Positions 57,620 through 64,000 of a DNA stretch of 64,000 bases are shown here, piece by piece. The translations under genes and the position numbers were made by a program. Numbering within the stretch: the stretch's first letter is position 1; every line of letters begins with the position of its first letter. Source of the DNA: Polyangiaceae bacterium (GTDB lineage Bacteria > Myxococcota_A > Polyangia > Polyangiales > Polyangiaceae); assembly GCA_033763455.1 (NCBI GenBank), contig JANRKO010000050.1, positions 1 to 64,000 of the forward strand, read 5' to 3'. Below the pieces are notes generated by a model, which worked only from the letters and a program-made list of their open reading frames with translations, searched no databases and was not told the DNA's origin.

Positions 57620-58468
57620 ATGCCGATGGAGTTCTGGTTAGAATATGGTGCGCAGCGACTCGAGCTGCGCCGGGGAGTTACCCTGATTGGGCGCAGTAGC
57701 TCCTGCCAGCTTGTTTTGAACGACGGCCTGGTTTCGCGTCAGCACCTCCGTATCGTTACGTCAGCGTCCGAGGCCATCGCGGAGGACCTCGGGAGCGTGA
57801 ACGGGGCCTTCATCAATGACGAGCGCCTGGAGGGGCAGAGGGCCCTTCAGACAGGGGATCGCTTGGGCGTGGGCTCTCAAGTCCTCACGTTTCGGACGGC
57901 CCTAACTCAGGGGCGGGCGGAACATAGAACCCAAATATTGGAGCGTACGCAGGAGTCGACTGCCAGCGACAAGCTTCTTTCGTCGCGCCCGCAGCAAAGT
58001 GCCCGATCGATCTCCTTCGAAGATTCGGATAGCGCCACCGCTACGGCCGATCTGCTTGAGGTTCTGGGTTCGCTCGCGGAAAAGAATCTCGCACTTGGGC
58101 GAGGCGTGGAAGCTGAGCGCATTTTGCAGGGCCACCTTGAGGGCGTGCTACGGAGCGCCGCCGCGGGTGAGTTTCGCGAAATTGCTCTTGAACGTGCCGC
58201 GTCCTACGCCGTGAAGCTCGCGGCTGCGACGGGCAAAACCACCTGGCTTGAGTACCCCTTCAAGCTGTACACACTCTACCGCCGGCCCTTGCCCCGCGCT
58301 ATGGCAGACGACCTTTACGCGGCGATGCACAAAGCGCCCAGCGTTAGCCTGACTTCCCTTCGGGACTATCTCGCCGTGCTGCACGGCGTTCAGAATGAGC
58401 TGACTCCGGCGGAGCGCTTCGTGGTTCAGCGGCTCGAGGGCCTCGAGCACTTGCTGGCGGTGAAGTAG
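57620..58468 (+). CDS. FHA-domain protein 3
   Basis: IGRS, VSRQH, DLGSVNG. Confidence 0.87.
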   Translation: MPMEFWLEYGAQRLELRRGVTLIGRSSSCQLVLNDGLVSRQHLRIVTSASEAIAEDLGSVNGAFINDERLEGQRALQTGDRLGVGSQVLTFRTALTQGRAEHRTQILERTQESTASDKLLSSRPQQSARSISFEDSDSATATADLLEVLGSLAEKNLALGRGVEAERILQGHLEGVLRSAAAGEFREIALERAASYAVKLAAATGKTTWLEYPFKLYTLYRRPLPRAMADDLYAAMHKAPSVSLTSLRDYLAVLHGVQNELTPAERFVVQRLEGLEHLLAVK

Positions 58469-59009
58469 AGCTTCGGTTCAGCGAGTAGCCCGCAGCCTGG
58501 GTAATGGCGTCGCGCAGCTTCGGGTCCTCAATTTGGTCGAGCTTTTCTCTTAGGTCGTCCGGAAGCATTGCCGCAGTGGGTTGCACAACGACACGAACTT
58601 CGGGCGGTTTGGCCTTTGGTCCTTGGGACCCTGGGACAAACCGCAGCTGGGAAAACTCGTAGCCGTGTTTCTTGAGCTTGGCTAAGATATCCGCTGACAG
58701 AAACGAAAGCTCCGCGGCCCAAGAGCTCGAAGCCGTTTCCACAAACAAGATCCCCCCGCGTGCGCGACCCGGTCTAGTCCGTTCGGCAATCCGTTCGCCT
58801 ACGATAGCTAGCCAAGCCTGCGAAGTGATCGCAACGCCCGTCGCTTTTTGAGCGGCTTGGTGCACGCCATCAAGAAGGCTGCCGGCTTGCTCCAACCCCA
58901 AGGCGGGGCGGCGATATTGGCGGGCTCTGGCGGCGTCGGCAATGCGTGCCAGTGCCCGGAGCTCGTCGTCCTGGTCCGGGTGTTCCTGTGCCATCCGCGT
59001 GCGACTCAA
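58344..59009 (-). CDS. dciA: DciA/DUF721 helicase-loader family protein
   Basis: W.AIVGERIAERTRP, GILFVETASSSWAAELSF. Start uncertain. Confidence 0.75.
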   Translation of the reverse strand: MSRTRMAQEHPDQDDELRALARIADAARARQYRRPALGLEQAGSLLDGVHQAAQKATGVAITSQAWLAIVGERIAERTRPGRARGGILFVETASSSWAAELSFLSADILAKLKKHGYEFSQLRFVPGSQGPKAKPPEVRVVVQPTAAMLPDDLREKLDQIEDPKLRDAITQAAGYSLNRSSTSPPASARGPRAAEPRSAPPESAHSERRAARRDSPEGKSG

Positions 59010-59089
59010 CGCTAGCTTGTTGCTGTCGTCGCCGCAAACCCGCTCTCCGTGTGGCAGCGGAGCTGGGTCTCAGGGGGCGTATGGCTTTT

Positions 59090-59177
59090 TGGTGCCGAAG
59101 ATCGGAGTCGAACCGATACGAGGGGTTGCCTCGGCGGATTTTGAATCCGCTGCGTCTGCCAGTTCCGCCACTTCGGC
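59090..59177 (-). tRNA. tRNA-Leu(CAA)
   Basis: Reverse complement GCCGAAG TGGCGGAACTGGCAGACGC, anticodon arm GCGGA-TTCAAAA-TCCGC, long variable arm, GGTTCGACTCC, and CTTCGGC-A-CCA. Confidence 0.96.
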
Positions 59178-59331
59178 TTGTTGAGTGATTCCGCGGGCTT
59201 CTAGGGTTGCTCTGCCATCTGGGTCAAGCGGTTTGTGCCAAACGCGACGCGACCGCAGGTGTTGGGCACCAAAGCTGGATGCGATTCCGCGGCCCGTCGG
59301 GTTCGGAGCGCGACCGCTCTATAGGGCAAAA

Positions 59332-60531
59332 TCAGCTCTGACCGATGTTCCCGAGGAGATCCTTGAACCAGGGCGTGTCGGTATCGAAGTGTTTGCCCCC
59401 TTTGATCCTCGTGAACTCAATCGGGCGAAGGACGCCCCCTTGGTCTTCATCATGCCCAATTACACCGCTTTGCCCGCGGAGACCTGCATCAACCGCTAAA
59501 TCGGTGCAACTCTTGATGAGTCGCAGATCTTCGGCGTTGGCTGCGGCGCTGCGGGCAAAATAGCCACTCTTTTGGACGAGTAGCTTTTCTGCATTTAACC
59601 GTGTTTGAAGTTGTTCCCCGAACCATTTGCCAACTTGAACTTTGTCGAGCTTCGGGTGGCCAAAGGCGTCGCGCGGAACCTCTTGGCCGCGGGCTTCTAG
59701 GTCGGCAATGATGGTGTCTGCTCCCGCTCCCTCGGCGATGAAGATATTGACGCTGTTCTTTTCGTCCATGCGCTTTCGCAGTCGGTTCGCCTCCCGTTCG
59801 AGATCGATACCGAGCTCAGGAATATAGACAGCATCCAAGTCTAGGTGGTGTTGGTTGAAGTTCAGGCCTGGCAGAAACTCTCGGCGCTTCAGCCGTGCGC
59901 GGTATTCCTGCGCTGTGGCAGCGGTGAGCCAACCAGAATGCCTCCCCATCACTTCGTGAACAATGAGCATCCGGGGGTTCGCGCTCTGCTCGTTTACGAC
60001 ATTCTCGAAGAAAATCGCGCCCTGTTCGGCCGCCGTGTACGCACCCAGTGATTGAACGATCGGGAAGACGTCGTTGTCGATGGTCTTGGGGAGCCCAACA
60101 ACTGTTAGCCCATAGCCGTTCTTGGCAAGGTAAGCGGCAAGGTCGGCTGCCGTGGTGTTGGTGTCGTCGCCGCCAATGGTGTGCAAAATCGTGATGCCGT
60201 CTTTTCGAAGCTGTTCGGCGGCCACGTGGAGCGGATCTTGACCTTCCCGAATCAGTCCGCGAGCAACGCAATCTTTGACATTGGTTAGCTTGACGCGGCT
60301 ATTGCCGAGCGGGCTCCCGCCGTGCCTATGTAGCCTCCCGGCCCCCTTTCGCACCTCCTGGCTGACGACGATTTGGCGACCGGTAAGCAGCCCCGCGTAT
60401 CCATCCAAGTAACCTGTGATGGTCACCTCTGGCACCAGCTCGGAGTAGCGTTCAATAAGTCCTCCCACGGCGGATGCCAAACAGGGAGCCAGTCCACCGG
60501 CGGTTAGCAATGCAACTTTATGCGACGTCAT
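59332..60531 (-). CDS. pfp: Pyrophosphate-dependent phosphofructokinase
   Basis: LTAGGLAPC, GGDDT (PPi-type Asp), PKTIDND, EVMGR. Confidence 0.92.
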   Translation of the reverse strand: MTSHKVALLTAGGLAPCLASAVGGLIERYSELVPEVTITGYLDGYAGLLTGRQIVVSQEVRKGAGRLHRHGGSPLGNSRVKLTNVKDCVARGLIREGQDPLHVAAEQLRKDGITILHTIGGDDTNTTAADLAAYLAKNGYGLTVVGLPKTIDNDVFPIVQSLGAYTAAEQGAIFFENVVNEQSANPRMLIVHEVMGRHSGWLTAATAQEYRARLKRREFLPGLNFNQHHLDLDAVYIPELGIDLEREANRLRKRMDEKNSVNIFIAEGAGADTIIADLEARGQEVPRDAFGHPKLDKVQVGKWFGEQLQTRLNAEKLLVQKSGYFARSAAANAEDLRLIKSCTDLAVDAGLRGQSGVIGHDEDQGGVLRPIEFTRIKGGKHFDTDTPWFKDLLGNIGQS

Positions 60532-60896
60532 GCTTTTTCTCGTTTCCGTATGCGGCGTGTTGAGCCCAGATAGCGAAGTCGTCGACGGCTGACAATCGCG
60601 GGGCGTTCGGGCCCGGCAAGGAGGGTAGGGGTGCTCACAAACACCCTACAAATCGGCCGTGTCAGAAGACGCACGTTGTATGTCCACTTTTTGGGAACGT
60701 TCTCCGAGGCTCGGTTTCCGGTGGCGCATGCACCTAAATCCCTCTGTTCAGCAAGCTCTGGTGCGCGGCCTAAAACGAAGCTGGAAGCGCGGGGCGGCAC
60801 CCGCGAGCGCGAGTTCGGGGCAAACAACAGGCGTCAATTTTTTGGCACTCGTCAAAGCTTCGAGGCGTCAGCGATGTGAAGCTGATGTCAGTACAT

Positions 60897-60912
60897 TGGC
60901 GTGCGCATTGCT
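60897..60912 (+). promoter_or_regulatory. Putative sigma54 (-24/-12) promoter
   Basis: TGGCGT-GCGCA-TTGCT about 100 nt upstream of ORF 61016. Confidence 0.55.
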
Positions 60913-61015
60913 TCAGTTTGCGAAAGGAGCGCGGCGACTTAAAGGTTTGTGCGTGATGTGCGTTCAATAGGCCAGGTTGTTGAAGTTGGCACAAGAGTTG
61001 AACTGAGCGCCGGCC

Positions 61016-61495
61016 ATGGTCACAGAGAACGCCGTACTTGAAGTTGAGTCAAAGTTGAACGCCTTGGTGGAGGCGGCTCGCTACATCGTGCGCAGCGGAC
61101 AACGCACGAGAACTTTCATGTTCGAAGTGGAGGATCACCCAGAGATAGCTGGCCTCATTTGCTTCGAGCCGAACCTCGGTACATTGACCTGCCAAATCGA
61201 GGACGGTTACTCCGTGCTCAAGTTCTTTCTTCGCTACGGTGCCCCGAACGTCTCTTACACAAATCTCAGCGATCAGACGTTCGAAGAGGTTACTTGTCTG
61301 TTTCAAGCAAGTGAGAGGGAGTTCCCCACGCTAGATTCAGCGTTCCGCGCGATCGTTCACGGCGCCCGAGCACTCCACAATATCACTGAGTTTCAGAGCA
61401 CAGCCGGGCGTAATCTGCGAAAGGCGCCTCAGAGTGGCATTGAGGTTCGGAACAAGCTGCAGGTCTTTTCCCTCCCTGGTAAGCGCGTTGCCTAA
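61016..61495 (+). CDS. Hypothetical protein
   Basis: 159-aa ORF filling the gap between pfp and sodB. No recognised motif. Confidence 0.55.
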   Translation: MVTENAVLEVESKLNALVEAARYIVRSGQRTRTFMFEVEDHPEIAGLICFEPNLGTLTCQIEDGYSVLKFFLRYGAPNVSYTNLSDQTFEEVTCLFQASEREFPTLDSAFRAIVHGARALHNITEFQSTAGRNLRKAPQSGIEVRNKLQVFSLPGKRVA

Positions 61496-61693
61496 GCGCG
61501 CGGGGTTCGCCAAACACCCGCTGGCCCGCCCAAGCAACCATGCCTGATGCGTGTTGCGAGCGGCGTGCCTTGAGCACTATGCGGTAAAAAACAGCCCCGT
61601 AGCCTCCTTGAGTCGCGGGGGGCTTGCCGTCGCGTTCACACTGCGCCAAAGATGACGCCACGTAACCTTCTCAATCGTAGGAGCCTTTGGACC

Positions 61694-62275
61694 ATGGAAT
61701 TTGAAGTCGCCCCGTTACCCTACAGCAAAGATGCCCTCGCCCCGGTGATGTCCCAGGAGACACTCGAGTTTCACTACGAGAAACACCACAAGGGCTACAT
61801 GACCAAGCTCAAGGCGGCCATCGAAGGCAAGCCCGAAGCGAGCAAGAGCCTAGTGGACGTCATCAAGAGCAGTTCCGGCGGCGTATTCAACAACGCAGCC
61901 CAAGTCTACAATCACACGTTCTTCTGGGATGGGATGAAGCCGGGTGGAGGTGGCGCGCCAACTGCTGGTGCGGCGCTCGATATCATCAACAAGCTCGGTG
62001 GCTGGGCGAAGTTCCGTGAAGAGTGGGTCAACGTTGGCGCGGCCCGTTTTGGCTCGGGCTACGTGTGGCTCGTCTTGGAAGCGGGCGAGCCCAAGATCAT
62101 CAGCACAGCCAACGCTGAGACGCCACTTACCACCAGCGCCAAGCCCATCCTTACGGCGGACGTATGGGAGCATGCCTACTACATTGACCACCGAAACAAC
62201 CGCAATGCGTTCCTCGAAGCTTTCTGCGACAAGTTGGTCAATTGGGACTTCGTTGCCAAGAACCTGCAAGGATAG
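61694..62275 (+). CDS. sodB: Fe superoxide dismutase
   Basis: HYEKHH, NNAAQVYNH (Fe-type signature), DVWEHAYY. Confidence 0.9.
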   Translation: MEFEVAPLPYSKDALAPVMSQETLEFHYEKHHKGYMTKLKAAIEGKPEASKSLVDVIKSSSGGVFNNAAQVYNHTFFWDGMKPGGGGAPTAGAALDIINKLGGWAKFREEWVNVGAARFGSGYVWLVLEAGEPKIISTANAETPLTTSAKPILTADVWEHAYYIDHRNNRNAFLEAFCDKLVNWDFVAKNLQG

Positions 62276-62320
62276 TTTCGAAGCGCTCAAGGCTCATTTG
62301 CTCGGAGCCTAAATGACGAA

Positions 62321-62350
62321 AGGGCCCAGCCTCCAAGGAGTGCTGGGCCC
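62321..62350. terminator. Hairpin between convergent sodB and hypothetical gene
   Basis: GGGCCCAGC-ctccaaggagt-GCTGGGCCC inverted repeat. Confidence 0.6.
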
Positions 62351-62375
62351 GCTCGCAACAGAGGTGGGGGTCAAA

Positions 62376-62864
62376 TTATGCGTCTACGCGCTTGGCGATG
62401 GACTCGGCCGAGGCGGGGAGGATGGGGGCCCAGATGAGGCGCTCCAGCAAGCTATCGTTGATGAGCATGCCGCGGTCGCTGAAGCGCAACACGTTCTCAA
62501 TGCCGTCTTCAAGCCATTCGCCGACGAAAATAATGCCCTGGCCAAGCTCATTGTAGCCAAGCTCAACAATCGCATTCTTGAGCCAGCGCCCGCCATTCTC
62601 AAACTCAAGCGTCTCCGGCAGGGTGTAAAACCCCTCCGACGGCAACTTCTTGAGAGTGCGGCTCCAAGTGGGTGAACGCAGCGGTGTAGTTGGGTCACCC
62701 CAAAACCAGCGGTTGCGTCGGTTCTGGCCTGGGCGCACCACGAACTGAGCGCCGGTGCCTTGGGTTTGGCCGATGAAGACCAGCACGCCTGCCGGGAAGG
62801 CCTCTGCGTTGCCGGGTAGGGGTTCGGTAGTTCGGTAAAGTCCCGGATCGGGTAAGTCTAACAT
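62376..62864 (-). CDS. Hypothetical protein
   Basis: 162-aa ORF with internal repeat-like motifs LPDPGLYR and LPSEGFYT. A GGAG RBS lies upstream. Confidence 0.6.
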   Translation of the reverse strand: MLDLPDPGLYRTTEPLPGNAEAFPAGVLVFIGQTQGTGAQFVVRPGQNRRNRWFWGDPTTPLRSPTWSRTLKKLPSEGFYTLPETLEFENGGRWLKNAIVELGYNELGQGIIFVGEWLEDGIENVLRFSDRGMLINDSLLERLIWAPILPASAESIAKRVDA

Positions 62865-63018
62865 TAGTGCTCCTTATGCTGCAGCTTAGCCCTCCAGTGC
62901 AGCACCACCAAGGGGCTTTTGCAACTGTTCGGTGACGTTGCTCCCTGGTAGCCTCGGGCCCACATAAGGTCAGAGCTGCATCGCGATTCGCAGACGACCG
63001 ATTCCGCGGAGGATCTAC

Positions 63019-63660
63019 ATGGCAGGGAAGAAAAAAGTGAGCCGAGTAGCCGTTTCGGGCGCAAAGGCCGGAATAACCAAGACAGCCAAAACGCCTTCAA
63101 AAGGGTCTGCTGCGCCCAAGGGTCGAAAATCCCCGGCTGTAGCCATGGCCAAGGCCAAAGGCAAAGCGCCCCTAGGCGACCCAACGGGAGAAGTCGCGGG
63201 GGTTCGCGAAGGCGAACGCGTTCCCAGCTTCTCAGCGAAAAGCGCCACGGGAATAGTCTCCAACACCACGCTCAAGGGTAAACCTTTCGTCCTCTATTTC
63301 TATCCCAAAGACGATACGCCTGGCTGCACGCGTGAGGCGTGTGCTTTTCGCGATCTTGGGGCCAAGTTCAAAGCCAAAGGTGTGGAGATATTCGGAATTA
63401 GCCCCGATTCAAGCGAAAGCCACGCCCGCTTTGGCGAAAAGTACGGGCTCAAGTTCACGCTCCTTTCGGACACGGACAAGAGCGTTGCTATGGCCTTCGG
63501 AGTCTGGGTGAAGAAGCTCAACTACGGCAAAGAATACATGGGCATTTCGCGCTCCACGTTCTTGGTAGATGCTTCTGGTAAGGTTCGTCGCGTGTGGCGC
63601 AATGTGAAAGTTGACGGCCACGTGGCGCAGGTGCTGGAGGCTGTAGCGAGCCTCAGCTAG
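63019..63660 (+). CDS. bcp: Peroxiredoxin Q/BCP with Lys-rich N-terminal extension
   Basis: YFYPKDDTPGCTREAC, RSTFLVD. Confidence 0.92.
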   Translation: MAGKKKVSRVAVSGAKAGITKTAKTPSKGSAAPKGRKSPAVAMAKAKGKAPLGDPTGEVAGVREGERVPSFSAKSATGIVSNTTLKGKPFVLYFYPKDDTPGCTREACAFRDLGAKFKAKGVEIFGISPDSSESHARFGEKYGLKFTLLSDTDKSVAMAFGVWVKKLNYGKEYMGISRSTFLVDASGKVRRVWRNVKVDGHVAQVLEAVASLS

Positions 63661-63662
63661 CG

Positions 63663-64000
63663 CTATGTCAGCGCGCGGGGGGGGAGGCTCTTGAGCCGCT
63701 TCACCGAGCGGTAGGGCGGGGACCAGCTAACCGGCGGGGGATGCGCTGAGGGACGAGCGAACAGATAGCCCTGCCCATAACAAATCCCCATGTCAGCCAG
63801 GGCGGCGTATTCATCGGCTGTTTCTATGCCTTCAGCGACGACGCGTGCGGATAGCTCATCGCACATGCGGACGACGCCCTGCACGAGCGTTCGCTGCCGG
63901 GAGCTATGTTCGATACCGACGATCAAGCTTCGATCAAGCTTTACGACGCTGGGCTCAAGATCCAAAATGCGCTTGAGGTTGGAGTACCCGGCGCCAAGGT
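63663..64000 (-). CDS. EAL-domain phosphodiesterase (5' end outside window)
   Basis: Frame is open off the window end. LGAGYSNL, VKLD, VAEGIE, GQGYLFARP. Confidence 0.88.
   Translation of the reverse strand, partial: LGAGYSNLKRILDLEPSVVKLDRSLIVGIEHSSRQRTLVQGVVRMCDELSARVVAEGIETADEYAALADMGICYGQGYLFARPSAHPPPVSWSPPYRSVKRLKSLPPRALT

Noticed and set aside
59090..59177. tRNA-Leu as an integration site
   Set aside because: Flanked by core genes, with no integrase or duplicated tRNA 3' end noticed in the window.

Overview
The window has two parts. (1) Positions 1-~15,300 are the right-hand end of a GC-richer accessory island carrying a class I DISARM anti-phage operon: drmD (5'-truncated), drmMI, drmA, drmB, drmC. 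Between drmMI and drmA sits a tightly coupled two-gene cassette encoding a MORC-like GHKL ATPase and an uncharacterised SAM-dependent methyltransferase-fold protein. DrmA also carries an extra ~120-aa N-terminal domain that may be a PUA/EVE-like reader. This expanded DISARM is the best candidate for an undescribed system. (2) Positions ~15,390-64,000 are core chromosome. The host is inferred to be a Myxococcota (Polyangia-like) bacterium from its Ser/Thr kinase, FHA, DUF4388-J and TPR gene content. Core genes: mutY, a partial nuo cluster (A,B,C,D,G,H,I; NuoH has a ~150-aa membrane insertion), gatB, lipA, 2-oxoacid dehydrogenase E1a/E1b/E2, prs-rplY-pth-rpsF-rpsR-rplI-dnaB, obg, a ChdC-like gene, hisZ-purA, ddl, purD, serC, three tandem FHA paralogs, dciA, tRNA-Leu(CAA), pfp, sodB, bcp and a partial EAL gene. 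All calls come from reading motifs by eye; no database searches were run.
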